Assembly: GCA_963663385.2 (NCBI GenBank)
Contig: CAXXXD010000002.1
Span: 672,001 to 736,000 of the forward strand
Direction: 5' to 3'
Origin: Oceanispirochaeta sp.
GTDB lineage: Bacteria; Spirochaetota; Spirochaetia; DSM-2461
Length of the DNA: 64,000 bases
Of this stretch, positions 10,247-20,825 are shown in pieces. The position numbers were made by a program, and so were the translations under genes. The notes beneath the pieces are model-generated. The model worked only from the letters and a program-made list of their open reading frames with translations, was not told where the DNA came from and ran no database searches. The stretch's first letter is position 1. Each line of letters starts with the position of its first letter.

Positions 10247-11647
10247 ATGAAGTTTATTCATAATGATTTCCTATTGGAAAACGATGCGGCAAAGCGCCTA
10301 TTTCACGATTACGCTGAAGATCTGCCCATTATCGATTATCACTGTCATCTGAATCCCCGGGAGATTGCAGAGGATGTCAGGTGGGAGAATCTGACACAAA
10401 TATGGCTGGGCGGCGATCACTACAAGTGGCGCTGTATGCGAAGCAACGGTATTGCTGAAAAGTATATTACAGGAGATGCCCCGGACCGGGAGAAATTTCA
10501 GAAATTTGCTGAGACTATGCCCTATCTACTCAGAAATCCCATGTATCACTGGTGTCATATGGAACTGGCCCGGTATTTCGGGATAGACGATCTGGTTTTG
10601 AATGGCGAGACCGCCCAGGAAGTCTGGGATCGTTCTCTGGAAGTTATCGGCAGGGGAGTCAGTGCCCGGCAGCTGATGATTGATAGCAATGTAAAGATTG
10701 TCTGCACCACTGATGATCCTGTGGACGATCTTAAATATCATAAGGCCCTGTCGGCGGAAAACTTTGCGATAAAGGTTCTTCCCACCTGGCGTCCCGACAG
10801 AGTCATGGCTATCGATAAGCCCGGATACAGAGACTATCTGATCACCCTGGGAAATACGGCGGAAGAGGATATCCGGGACTATGCGTCTCTGGTGAAAGCC
10901 ATTGAGATACGGCACGACTATTTTCACAGGGCAGGATGCCGTCTGTCAGATCATGGTCTGGATACCTGCTATGCTTCCGATTTCACAGAGATCGAGGTTT
11001 CCGGAATCTTTGATAGAGCCCTCTCGGGAGAACCCGTATCCGGAAAAGAGGCGGATAAATTTAAAACCGCCATGATGGTTCTTTTCGGACGGCTTGATGC
11101 CGGGAAGGGATGGACCAGTCAGATCCATCTGGGAGCACTGCGGAGCAACAACAGCCGAATGGTTGAAAAGCTGGGCGTTGATACGGGATTTGATTCCATC
11201 AATGACCAGAACTATGCCGGAGCTCTTTCCCGGTATCTGGATCTTCTGGATTCTGAAGAAAAGCTGCCGAAAACCATTCTCTACAACCTGAATCCCAGGG
11301 ATAATGAAATGATCGCCTCCATGCTGGGTAACTTTCAGGACGGTTCTGTTCCCGGGAAGATTCAGATGGGTGCCGGCTGGTGGTTTCTGGATCAGAGAGA
11401 CGGGATGGAGAGGCAGATGGAGGCCCTCAGTCAGCTGGGGCTTCTGCGCCGTTTTGTCGGGATGCTTACGGACAGCCGTTCCTTCCTCTCCTACACCCGG
11501 CATGAATACTTCCGCCGTATCCTCTGTAACCTTCTGGGGAGTGAAATGGAACGGGGGCTGATTCCTCCGGACTTTGATCTGGTCGGAGCCATGGTACGGG
11601 AGATCTCCTGCGAAAATGCCGGTAAATATTTCGGATTCGGAAAGTAG
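10247..11647 (+). CDS. uxaC: Glucuronate (uronate) isomerase
   Basis: IIDYHCHL, GGDHYKWR, CTTDDP, WWFLDQ, GMLTDSRSFLSYTRHEYFRR. Confidence 0.97.
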   Translation: MKFIHNDFLLENDAAKRLFHDYAEDLPIIDYHCHLNPREIAEDVRWENLTQIWLGGDHYKWRCMRSNGIAEKYITGDAPDREKFQKFAETMPYLLRNPMYHWCHMELARYFGIDDLVLNGETAQEVWDRSLEVIGRGVSARQLMIDSNVKIVCTTDDPVDDLKYHKALSAENFAIKVLPTWRPDRVMAIDKPGYRDYLITLGNTAEEDIRDYASLVKAIEIRHDYFHRAGCRLSDHGLDTCYASDFTEIEVSGIFDRALSGEPVSGKEADKFKTAMMVLFGRLDAGKGWTSQIHLGALRSNNSRMVEKLGVDTGFDSINDQNYAGALSRYLDLLDSEEKLPKTILYNLNPRDNEMIASMLGNFQDGSVPGKIQMGAGWWFLDQRDGMERQMEALSQLGLLRRFVGMLTDSRSFLSYTRHEYFRRILCNLLGSEMERGLIPPDFDLVGAMVREISCENAGKYFGFGK

Positions 11648-11682
11648 CAGGAGAGATATTGCAAGTGGCAGCGGTGAGAGTA

Positions 11683-12432
11683 CTATCTATTCATATCCTG
11701 AAAGAGCTTTTTCTCATCAAAGACTCCCAGACCTGTGATAGATTCATCCTCAAAATAGTCTGCAAATTTCTCAAAAATAATATTCTTTTCAATATCCAGT
11801 TTGCGCAGATGGGTTTTCATGGTCTCCTCTGCGGCATCAAGATCCCGATCCTCAATGGACTTGAGCAGCTCACAATGATGCCTGTAATTTGATTTCGATA
11901 CACCGCTGACGGACATGGAGAGTACTCTGACCCGTCTGTAATGACTCGAGAAACTTATAACAACATTGAAACACATAGGTCTTTCCGCAAGTTCAAAAAG
12001 CAGTGCATGAAACTGGTCGTCCAGCTCCATGAACTCTGTGGTTTCCCCCTTTTCAAGGGCCTTGTTCTGTTTTTCAAGGTTCCGGTACAGCTTTTCCAGT
12101 GAGAGATCGCTTCTATTCAGTATAATCTCTTCAATTACGGATGTTTCCAGGGACTCCCTCAGGAATCTCTCTTCCCTGACGCGGGAGAGGCTGATCTTTG
12201 AAACAAAGCTTCCTTTCTGGGGGACCACCGTAACAAGGGCCTGGTTTGACAGCTTAATAAATGCTTCCCGCACAGGGGTCCGGCTGACCTTCATACGCTC
12301 GGAGATATCCTTTTCACTCATAATCGTTCCGGGTGTCAGATTCAGGTTAATGATATTTCTGTGCAAAATATCATAGACCGTCTCGCTAGCTGTTTTCGTC
12401 TGTCCCTGTTCTCCCCATTTGCGACTGGCCAT
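11683..12432 (-). CDS. GntR/FCD-family transcriptional regulator
   Basis: VSRTPVREAF HTH, FCD domain (DDQFH). Confidence 0.93.
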   Translation of the reverse strand: MASRKWGEQGQTKTASETVYDILHRNIINLNLTPGTIMSEKDISERMKVSRTPVREAFIKLSNQALVTVVPQKGSFVSKISLSRVREERFLRESLETSVIEEIILNRSDLSLEKLYRNLEKQNKALEKGETTEFMELDDQFHALLFELAERPMCFNVVISFSSHYRRVRVLSMSVSGVSKSNYRHHCELLKSIEDRDLDAAEETMKTHLRKLDIEKNIIFEKFADYFEDESITGLGVFDEKKLFQDMNR

Positions 12433-12554
12433 TATATACCATCCTTTCCTGTTAAATCAGTCAGAGCATTCCGGATGTCCGGAATCGTTTTATTATATGC
12501 AGCATAATTGGCCGTCCCATTAATATAGAGAATCTGTTCTCCATTCTCCTTCCC

Positions 12555-14159
12555 TCAGTCCAGTATATATTTTTTCAGTGTATTCCGGATAGCGGCCGGA
12601 CCTGCCAGCATTTCCCTGAAAAAAGCTTCCACCTTACCTCCGAGATTATATTCATAGAGGTCTATTCCGAAAATCTCGCTGTCAGAAAGGAGCCCTTTCA
12701 GCTGTTCATGGACTTCTCCTGTATATGGTATTGAAAAGGATGCCACATAGGGTTGAACCTTGTCCAGATTGGGATCGGGACTGGGTTCAAATGTTTTTCC
12801 TTCATCATCAACAGCCATCAGGTATCGAAGCCAGCCGGCCATAAACAGAGGGATATAGTTCAGGAATGAGAGATCCGTCTTCCCCTGAGCTATATAGGCT
12901 TTCATGGTTTCTCCAAAACGGACCGGAATCTTTTTAGAGGTATCTGTGGCTATCCTCTGTGGTGTATCGGGAACAAAGGGGTTGGGGAACCGCACTTCGA
13001 TGCTGTCCCGGATAAAATCCTCTGCGTTCATAATACCGGGATCCACAACGACGGGCATTCCTTCGCTGTACCCCAGTTTTTCAATAAACCCTTTCAGCAG
13101 GGGATCTTTCATCTCGGCTGAAATGGAATTATACCCCAGGAGGCAACCGAAAACGGCCAGAACCGTGTGAAGGGGATTCAGACAGGTGCATACTTTCATC
13201 TTTTCAATCTTGTCGATGGTTTGTTTATCCGAGAAGAGAACTCCTGTCTCCTCCAGAGGAGGCCTGCCATTGGGAAAAAGATTTTCAATGGCAAGGTACT
13301 GGGACTCCTCCGCATTGACGAAGGGGGAAACATAGGTGTTCCTGGAGGTTTTGACCAGATCCATTCCTTCCAGACCGTCCTCGGCAAAGGTCTTTAAAAG
13401 AACCCCCGAAGGCCGGGGGGTGATCTTGTCTATCATACTCCAGTTGAAGGAGATTCTACTCTCGTCATTCAGATAAGCCAGGAAGGCAGCATCCGCATGA
13501 CCCTGTTCATTCCAGACTTCCGCGTATTCCATAACAGCCTGTTTCAGAAGGGTTCCGTTATGACTGCAGTTATCCATACTCACAAGAGCCAGGGGGGCAG
13601 CCCCTGTTTGAAACCGTTCCAGAAGAAGGCGGGTGATAATCCCGATGGTGCTGACGGGCTGTTTACCGAAGTTCTCCAGGTCCGGTCTGATCCAGGGAAA
13701 GTACTCTCCCTTTCCGTCTTTCAGGGCGTACCCCTTTTCCGTGATGGTCAGGCTGAGAATCTGCAGAGAGGGGGCGCAGAGAATCTCTTTCATCCTGTCA
13801 TAGTTTTCCGAGGGGATAAGCGATTCGGTCAGGCTGGCAACAATCTCCTTCTGAATATCTCCGTTTCCTTTCAGGGTTACTGCCAGGGCAAGGTTGTCAC
13901 AGGCTCTGTAGGCCTTCTCTATAATTTCCTCATCGAAGGTTTCGCAGACAATAATTCCCGTATCGGTTTTTCCATCATTCAGGAGCCTCTGCTGAAGAAC
14001 GGCAATAAATGCTCTGAAAATGTTCCCTGCGCCGAAGTGGATCCACCGCGGTGTTTCCCTGCTGCTCTTTCGAACAGACTCTATATCGAATAATGGCAGT
14101 ACATATCCCCTGGAAGTCCATTCGTCTTTATTTTTAATACTCTGTAAATTCAATTTCAT
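12555..14159 (-). CDS. Mannitol dehydrogenase family protein, probable D-mannonate oxidoreductase (UxuB-like)
   Basis: WIHFGAGNIFRAF, LTITEKGY, SMDNCSHNG, MIDKITP; directly downstream of uxuA. Confidence 0.88.
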   Translation of the reverse strand: MKLNLQSIKNKDEWTSRGYVLPLFDIESVRKSSRETPRWIHFGAGNIFRAFIAVLQQRLLNDGKTDTGIIVCETFDEEIIEKAYRACDNLALAVTLKGNGDIQKEIVASLTESLIPSENYDRMKEILCAPSLQILSLTITEKGYALKDGKGEYFPWIRPDLENFGKQPVSTIGIITRLLLERFQTGAAPLALVSMDNCSHNGTLLKQAVMEYAEVWNEQGHADAAFLAYLNDESRISFNWSMIDKITPRPSGVLLKTFAEDGLEGMDLVKTSRNTYVSPFVNAEESQYLAIENLFPNGRPPLEETGVLFSDKQTIDKIEKMKVCTCLNPLHTVLAVFGCLLGYNSISAEMKDPLLKGFIEKLGYSEGMPVVVDPGIMNAEDFIRDSIEVRFPNPFVPDTPQRIATDTSKKIPVRFGETMKAYIAQGKTDLSFLNYIPLFMAGWLRYLMAVDDEGKTFEPSPDPNLDKVQPYVASFSIPYTGEVHEQLKGLLSDSEIFGIDLYEYNLGGKVEAFFREMLAGPAAIRNTLKKYILD

Positions 14160-14220
14160 AGCTATTCCCTCTATTGGATTGTTTCAGGTCAAAAGGCTCC
14201 CACGATCATGACCCTCAGCA

Positions 14221-15282
14221 TCAGGATTTCCTTATGGCTTCCAGCAGACCCAGAAGGTACTGAGATCCCAGGGCCCTGTCGTAAAGGCCGTAGCCGGGCA
14301 TGGCCTTTTCTCCCCAGATGGCACGTCCATGATCGGGGCGGACAGGCCCGTCATATCCGATTTCTACAAAAGCCTTCATGATTTCATACATATCCAGCGA
14401 TCCGTCTGATGAAAGATGGGCCGACTCTTCGAAGATCCCGGGCGCCGTATGTTTGGTATTCCTCACATGGGCAAAGTTGATTCTACCCTTGAGGGAGCGG
14501 ATGATATCGGGAATGTCATTGTCGGGATTAGAGCTTAATGAACCGGTGCAGAGGGTTACGCCATTGTACGGGGAGGGCACTTCCGTAATCAGACGCTGCA
14601 GGTCCATTTTGTTTTTTACAATACGGGGCAGACCGTAGACGCTCCAGACGGGATCGTCAATATGGATAGCCATTTTTACCCCGTATTTTTCACAAGTCGG
14701 CATAATCGCCTGGAGAAAGTACTTCAAATTCTGAAAGAGTTCTTCATTATCCGTGTCCTTGTAGAGGTTGAAGAGCTCCTCCACCTTCGCCATCCTTTCA
14801 GGCTCCCAGCCGGGCATCATAAAGCCGTTGGAATCATCATCGATGTGTCTGAATATCTCCTTCGGATCAATGGCGTCAACCTTTTCCTGGTTATAAGCCA
14901 GAACGGTAGAACCGTCGGGACGGGGTTTGGCCAGCTCGGAACGGGTCCAGTCGAATACAGGCATAAAGTTATAGCAGACCATATTGATGCCCTCATCGGA
15001 AAGCTTTTTCAGGGTGCTGATATAGTTTTCAATATGCTGGTCACGCATTTTATGTCCGGCTTTTATTTCATCTGAAACATTTACGCTTTCGATACCGTAG
15101 ATCGAAAGGCCCGCCTCTTCCACGTCTCTTTTAAGACTCTGTATATCTTCCCTGGGCCAGTCTTCGCCGGGATTCCTGTCATAAAGTGTGGGGATAACGC
15201 CGCCTACCCCCGGAATCTGACGGATCTGTTCCAAAGTTATACTGTCATGGTTTTTTCCGTACCATCTGAGACTCATTTTCAT
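14221..15282 (-). CDS. uxuA: Mannonate dehydratase
   Basis: MSLRWYG, CYNFMPVFDWTRS, HIDDP, RPDHGR, PGYGLYDRALG; start reassigned to ATG 15282 after GGAGG. Confidence 0.96.
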   Translation of the reverse strand: MKMSLRWYGKNHDSITLEQIRQIPGVGGVIPTLYDRNPGEDWPREDIQSLKRDVEEAGLSIYGIESVNVSDEIKAGHKMRDQHIENYISTLKKLSDEGINMVCYNFMPVFDWTRSELAKPRPDGSTVLAYNQEKVDAIDPKEIFRHIDDDSNGFMMPGWEPERMAKVEELFNLYKDTDNEELFQNLKYFLQAIMPTCEKYGVKMAIHIDDPVWSVYGLPRIVKNKMDLQRLITEVPSPYNGVTLCTGSLSSNPDNDIPDIIRSLKGRINFAHVRNTKHTAPGIFEESAHLSSDGSLDMYEIMKAFVEIGYDGPVRPDHGRAIWGEKAMPGYGLYDRALGSQYLLGLLEAIRKS

Positions 15283-15299
15283 TTTTTGTTTTTTCCTCC

Positions 15300-15555
15300 A
15301 TTTAAATAGATCAAATTGGGTATGAACATAACTACATCGGGAATTAGGAATCATTATGATCATCACCACACCAGTACGATGATCGTGATATGGAAGGAGC
15401 ATTATACTTGCCAAATCCGATATAAAGCTGTTCCACCTGTCGTGTTCATGCATCCCATAGTTATAAATGTCATCATTGGAATACAGAGATGAACCGGATC
15501 AGTTCCTCTCCTTTCCATTATCAACAGCATCCCGCCGACCATTAGCAAAAAAGTA
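15300..15555 (-). pseudogene. Remnant of TRAP transporter large permease (DctM) C-terminus
   Basis: Minus-strand fragments FLLMVGGML...DPVHLCIPMMTFITMGCMNTTGGTALY and, in another frame, PDVVMFIPNLIY; these resemble DctM (in-window DctM: SPIHFGIVM...TPPVGACLF...FPGISTFLPTLL). Confidence 0.65.
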
Positions 15556-15585
15556 CTCTTCTCTAATTATCCACTACGTCTGGAA

Positions 15586-15617
15586 ATATACTACCATACA
15601 AGTATGGAGGGCGCAAC
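15586..15617 (-). promoter_or_regulatory. Putative uxuA-operon promoter/GntR operator
   Basis: Reverse complement GTTGCGCCCTCCATACTTGTATGGTAGTATAT matches the uxaC upstream element. Confidence 0.7.
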
Positions 15618-15998
15618 AACTTCTTTATTTTATTTATTCATGATGGACAGGGGGGATATATTATCCCTTTTTTCCGTTTATTTTTGATGAGGCCTATCCG
15701 GAATGGCCGCAGGGTTCTCAGCCGGGCTTCTCATATCCAACTGTTCAAACCCTTTCTAAATAAAGGCCTCCTCAGCTTTTATAAGGATCCTGTTTTCCGG
15801 ATCTTCTATGATTTCTGGCATTTTTCTCTCTTTATGAACAACGCTCATAAAAATATCAGACCATTCTGATCCGGTCAAATTCTCCTGCAGAGGAGAATCT
15901 CACCATTTTTAAGGGAGACAGGACCTTTTTTACTGCGCAAAGGAAGAAGGTGGAGTCTATAATTATATCTATGGGTTGAACAAGTACAGGAGGTGTCT

Positions 15999-16304
15999 AT
16001 GGAGGAGTCGAATTTTCATGATCGACTGAAGAATACAGGCCGGAATGATCTGTGTCCCTGCGGATCGGGAAAGAAGTATAAAATGTGTCACCTGGATGCG
16101 GATGAACATCTGCAGCTTGAAGAACTCAAAGCTCGGGACCAGGCACGCCATGAGGAGGAACACGAACCGGCCCCGGCCGATGAATCTCCTCATTTTGAAA
16201 AAAACGAGAGGGTAGAGCATTCGGTCCATGTTCCGCCTCAGCGGGCCAGGGGGATTCAGGGGCGTAAGGGCAATGGTGTTCCCAGAAGATCCGCGTCTTC
16301 CTGA
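15999..16304 (+). CDS. Stand-alone SEC-C metal-binding motif protein
   Basis: GRNDLCPCGSGKKYKMCH; AGGAGG RBS before ATG 15999. Confidence 0.8.
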   Translation: MEESNFHDRLKNTGRNDLCPCGSGKKYKMCHLDADEHLQLEELKARDQARHEEEHEPAPADESPHFEKNERVEHSVHVPPQRARGIQGRKGNGVPRRSASS

Positions 16305-16510
16305 GCGGGAATTGAATCGGGACTCCATCGAAACTTCACAATCTGCAGATTAATATAAAGAGGAAGCTGTTCTATGATGGCCGGTCCCTATCTGGATTAC
16401 GGGCAGCTGTTTCTGAAGACCCTGGAGTCAACTGACGGTATCTTCGGATTGAAAACGCCCTTTTCCTCTTTTACGGGACGGAAGCCGTTGCCTTTCTGCA
16501 AATGAACTGG

Positions 16511-18058
16511 CTATTGTTCCGGCGGGGTGCTTCTCACGCCGGGAATCCTTACCTCTCCGTCAATGAGTCTGCCTTTCCAGCTTCCCCCGGGGATCTTCCG
16601 GATCTTTCCGGTTAGAATCATTCCTCCGATTATCTCCATTACATCATCCGGATCCCACTCTCTGAAAATACCGAAGCCCGGGGACCTGTAATACCGTCCC
16701 TGCCGGATTCCGCTGCTGAATCTTCCCAGCAGGAAATCTCCCAGCAGCCGTGAATCAAACCGTTTTCTATATACCCGGACAACACCTTTAACTGTATCTT
16801 CCGCCGGATCCTTCAGTATCACTTCGCCCCGGCAGACATCACAGTTGTCGCAGTCCTCGGGTTCAGCCTCCAGAATGGCCAGGAGACTCTCCCGGCGGCA
16901 GGTTGTTGAATCTTCTGCAAAGGCAACCAGTTTTCCGTACCGTTCCCGCAGCTCGGATCGGGGATTCGCCTTCTCCCGGTCGCGATCCTCCGGATGATAG
17001 AGCAGCACCGCCCGGCAGGGCTGTCTGTCCCGTCCCGCCCTGCCCGATTCCTGCAGGTAGGCCTCTACAGAAGAGGGGAGGGCCAGGTGAATAACCGTGC
17101 GGATATTTCCCTTGTCCATTCCCATGCCGTAGGCACAAGTGGAGCATAATATTCCTTCAGAAGAATCAAAAAACCATTTTTCCCGTTTTGTCCGGAGAGT
17201 GGGAGACAAGCCTGCATGGTAGTAGCGAATCTCATCAGGTACCAGTTCATTTATTCTTTCCCGAAGAATAAGAGCCACCTGTTCACACAGACGGCGTGTA
17301 GGGCAGAATATAATAGCCGGTCTTTCCGCTGTCTTTAAAACATCTTCCAGACCTTTTGTCCGTGAAAGAACCGGACGGACCTCATAATGGATATTCACCC
17401 TGTCCGGATTAGCCCTGACCAGATTAAAAGATCTGTCTTTTAAAAGATAATCCTGAATCTTTCCCAGAATAAGGGGCGAGGCGGTGGCGGTAAAAGCGGT
17501 GACCTGCTCAACCGGAAGATTGTTAAAGGTTTTACCCAGCTCCAGGCAGGCCGGGCGGAAGGTCTCACCCCATTCGGGAATGGTATGGGCTTCGTCGATG
17601 ACCAGATGGGAGATTTTCACATCTTTCAGTTTGTCCTGTACTTCGGGCAGGGTCAGCATCTCCGGGTTGGTCAGAAGCATCCGGATCTCTCCGGCCTGTA
17701 CGGAGCGCCATATATCCTCCTTCTCTTTGCGGCTCATTCCGCCCTTCAGCAGGGCCCCTTTCATCCCTGCCTCCTCCACCCGGCGGAGCTGATCCGCCAT
17801 TAATCCAAGGAGGGGAAACACGACAATCGTCAGACCCGGGAGAAGGGCGGCCGGCAGCATAAAGCAGAGGCTCTTCCCGGCCCCAGTGGGCAGCAGAACC
17901 ACCTGATTGGGCGGGGCTTCCTCCGCTTCCTCTCTGGAGAAAAGACCGGCTTTGCGGAGGATGTTTGTAATAACCAGGCGCTGGTAGGGGAAGAGGTAAG
18001 TGAGACCGAAGCGTTCGGCGGCGGTACGGGTGAGGATATCGGTTTTTTGTTCTTCCAT
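16511..18058 (-). CDS. recQ: RecQ-family ATP-dependent DNA helicase (intact)
   Basis: LPTGAGKSLCF, IDEAH, TATA, YHAGL, YGMGMDK, QESGRAGRD, Zn site CRR...CDNCDVC, RQC-like C-terminus. Confidence 0.93.
   Translation of the reverse strand: MEEQKTDILTRTAAERFGLTYLFPYQRLVITNILRKAGLFSREEAEEAPPNQVVLLPTGAGKSLCFMLPAALLPGLTIVVFPLLGLMADQLRRVEEAGMKGALLKGGMSRKEKEDIWRSVQAGEIRMLLTNPEMLTLPEVQDKLKDVKISHLVIDEAHTIPEWGETFRPACLELGKTFNNLPVEQVTAFTATASPLILGKIQDYLLKDRSFNLVRANPDRVNIHYEVRPVLSRTKGLEDVLKTAERPAIIFCPTRRLCEQVALILRERINELVPDEIRYYHAGLSPTLRTKREKWFFDSSEGILCSTCAYGMGMDKGNIRTVIHLALPSSVEAYLQESGRAGRDRQPCRAVLLYHPEDRDREKANPRSELRERYGKLVAFAEDSTTCRRESLLAILEAEPEDCDNCDVCRGEVILKDPAEDTVKGVVRVYRKRFDSRLLGDFLLGRFSSGIRQGRYYRSPGFGIFREWDPDDVMEIIGGMILTGKIRKIPGGSWKGRLIDGEVRIPGVRSTPPEQ
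17120..17997. repeat. recQ duplicated segment, copy A
   Basis: Near-identical direct repeat of 24598-25475 (offset 7478). Confidence 0.97.
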
Positions 18059-18280
18059 ACCCCTATATACACAGCCACATCCTCTGCTGCTTCAAAGGTT
18101 ATTTTAATATAATTTTGAGCTGTATCGAATCTCGGGAGGACTATATAAGGTACTGGCAAAATTCCGGATTCAAAAAAACTTCCAGGTAATGGTCAAATCA
18201 AGAAAGATTCTGTATTGGAAGGGTTACACCACAATTATTACCGGAGTACTGCTTGAATGCTGAAAAAGCCATTCCACGTG

Positions 18281-19762
18281 TCAGATAGATTCGGCCACTC
18301 TCTGAAAATGATATCCATATACGGCAAAGGTAAGAGCCATCCTCAGTTTTTCAGGATAGTTAAATAATGTATACCAGAATAGTTTCCAAAAATAGAACTT
18401 TCCATCCTTTTTTAGAACACCAAGCTTAAGAAGAACCAGAACAAATGATCGCAGACTGGAAAATGGACTGGCGTTGAGGTTTTCAAAAGGGCCCCTGTAC
18501 TCTTCGAGAAAAACACGGATTCTCTCAAAAAACAGCTTAGGGGAATAGATCTTTTTCATAAGGGACTTGTATCCATTAATCAGAACATCAGGAGGAATCT
18601 TGGGGATAAAATTCAGAATTCCATCCGTGTTATTTCCGGTTATACCCGCAATTATCCTTTTTTCCTTTTTCAGTCTTTCATACAGACGGGTTCCCAATGG
18701 AGCATTCAGAAGCCCTACCATAGCTGTGACAATCCCGCTGTTCTGAATAAATCTGGTCTGCCTATCAAAAATATCCACAGGATCGTTATCAAATCCTATG
18801 ATAAACCCTCCCGAAACATTGAAACCCTTCCGCTGCATGATTTTAACACTCTGAATCAGATCCCGTCCCTGGTTCTGAATTTTATGACACTCATTCAGAC
18901 TGGCTTCTTCCGAAGATTCAATTCCGATAAAACAGGTACTGAATCCGGCCTGCCTCATCATATCCATCAGTTCCTCATCATCAGACATGTTTATAGAGGC
19001 TTCTGTCGTAAAATTGAAGGGATAATGGTGATCTTCCTGCCAGGATATCAAAGCCGGAAGCATTTCACTTTTCAAACGGTTTTTATTCCCAATAAAATTA
19101 TCATCTACAATAAAGACAGAACCTCTCCACTTCGCCTTATACAGCGATGTCATTTCATCAAGAAACTGATCCGTTTTTTTTACACGTGATTTATGACCGA
19201 AAAGAGCGGTTATGCTGCAGAACTCGCAATTGAATGGGCACCCTCTGGAATACTGAAGATCCATTGAAGCATAATCATTCAGATGAAGTAGACTCCAGTC
19301 CGGAATGGGGGTTTGTGACAGATCTGCAAAATCACCGGTCTCATAGACTCTTTTCAAATGCCCCGATTCCAGATCCCGGACAAAAGGTTTCATCGTAATC
19401 TCTGCTTCATTCAACATAAAACAGTCTACATCGGGAAAACTCCCGGGATGCTGGGTGACCATCGGACCGCCGGCTACAATTTTCGCCCCGACCTCTTTGC
19501 ATCTTTTAACCACTTCTGTAAAAGATTTCTTCTGAATATCCATACCGCTGATGAATACAAAGTCAGCCCATAAAATATCGTTTAGAGACAACCTCCGCGT
19601 ATTCAAATCCACCAGCTTTTTCTCCCACAACGAAGGAAGTAAGGATGCAACAGTCAACAGGCCCAGAGGAGGGTCTGATGCTTTTTTGCCAATAAAGCTT
19701 AAAGCATATTTAAAGCTCCAGAATGTTATAGGTATTTCCGGATATATCAGGAGAATCTTCAA
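18281..19762 (-). CDS. B12-binding-domain radical SAM protein, copy 2
   Basis: 493 aa, near-identical paralogue of 5624-7105; differences concentrated in the C-terminal third. Confidence 0.92.
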   Translation of the reverse strand: MKILLIYPEIPITFWSFKYALSFIGKKASDPPLGLLTVASLLPSLWEKKLVDLNTRRLSLNDILWADFVFISGMDIQKKSFTEVVKRCKEVGAKIVAGGPMVTQHPGSFPDVDCFMLNEAEITMKPFVRDLESGHLKRVYETGDFADLSQTPIPDWSLLHLNDYASMDLQYSRGCPFNCEFCSITALFGHKSRVKKTDQFLDEMTSLYKAKWRGSVFIVDDNFIGNKNRLKSEMLPALISWQEDHHYPFNFTTEASINMSDDEELMDMMRQAGFSTCFIGIESSEEASLNECHKIQNQGRDLIQSVKIMQRKGFNVSGGFIIGFDNDPVDIFDRQTRFIQNSGIVTAMVGLLNAPLGTRLYERLKKEKRIIAGITGNNTDGILNFIPKIPPDVLINGYKSLMKKIYSPKLFFERIRVFLEEYRGPFENLNASPFSSLRSFVLVLLKLGVLKKDGKFYFWKLFWYTLFNYPEKLRMALTFAVYGYHFQRVAESI

Positions 19763-19847
19763 ACTTAAACCTTCTACTCACAAATATACTATATTTATAA
19801 TTATACCAGCCTAAATAATGGGTAAAGTAAAAGAAGTGTAAAATCTG

Positions 19848-20810
19848 ATGAGCACAGTTAAGAAAAAAATAACCCTCCGGACTTCGGTGACTATGTTTGT
19901 TCTTGTACAGATTTTCTTTCTCATACTGATAGGGCTTTGGATTTGGTTTTTTCTTACTGATAATGAAATCAATCAGTCGTCGAACACTGTAATCAATTTC
20001 CCATTTTTTTCAGTCCCTGTGAAGACAGTTCTCTTTCTTTGTGGGCTATTACTGATTTTCCTGAATTCCGGAGGAACGTATTATTTATTTCAGGAATTCA
20101 TTAAACAGACAAGAATTAATCGTATGTATGACAATTTTATCATCAATATAGCTCATGACTTGAAGACACCTGCAGCATCCATTCAGCTGATTGGAGAAAC
20201 ACTTGCCAACAGAGACCTCTCAGATGATACTTATTATGATTTTCTTAACCGCCTGGAAAACGACACGACAAGGCTGAATCTGTTGATCAAATCCATTCTG
20301 GAGATTTCCAGAATATACAAGAAAAGTGACATGTTTTCGTTTGTTTCATTAAATGCGGATTTTTATGTCAGAACTGCAATCCGAGTTCTTCAAAGCCAAT
20401 TCAACCTGGATAAAGACAGGATTTCTGTTGTTGGATATTCCAAGTGCCAGATAAGAATAGATCCTTCTGCTTTTACAGCAGTCTTAAGCAATCTAATTGA
20501 TAACTCAATAAAATACAGCTCCTCACCGGTGAAAATTAAAATATATTTAGGATATAAAAAGAAGAAGTTCATTTTAATTTTTTCAGATGAGGGAAGCGGT
20601 ATCTCCCGGAAATTCAGAAAGCGTGTTTTCAAGAAGTTTGTTCAAATAAGAACGCTCCCCAATTCTACCCTCACAGGCTTGGGGTTAGGTCTCAACTGGT
20701 GCAGAGAGATTCTCCATATACACAAAGGAAGAATTCAGATTCAGCAAAAAAGGAATAGTAAGGGGACCTTTTTTTACATTGAACTGACGGGAGACAGGTT
20801 GATTAATTAA
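19848..20810 (+). CDS. Sensor histidine kinase, copy 2
   Basis: Four visible aa differences from copy 1 (K/E, V/A, H/Y, P/T). Confidence 0.93.
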   Translation: MSTVKKKITLRTSVTMFVLVQIFFLILIGLWIWFFLTDNEINQSSNTVINFPFFSVPVKTVLFLCGLLLIFLNSGGTYYLFQEFIKQTRINRMYDNFIINIAHDLKTPAASIQLIGETLANRDLSDDTYYDFLNRLENDTTRLNLLIKSILEISRIYKKSDMFSFVSLNADFYVRTAIRVLQSQFNLDKDRISVVGYSKCQIRIDPSAFTAVLSNLIDNSIKYSSSPVKIKIYLGYKKKKFILIFSDEGSGISRKFRKRVFKKFVQIRTLPNSTLTGLGLGLNWCREILHIHKGRIQIQQKRNSKGTFFYIELTGDRLIN

Positions 20811-20825
20811 TAAGAGGGGAACACA

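Noticed and set aside
15283..15453. N-terminal extension of UxuA in the ORF track
   Set aside because: True start MKMSLRW has a GGAGG RBS; the extension runs through the DctM remnant
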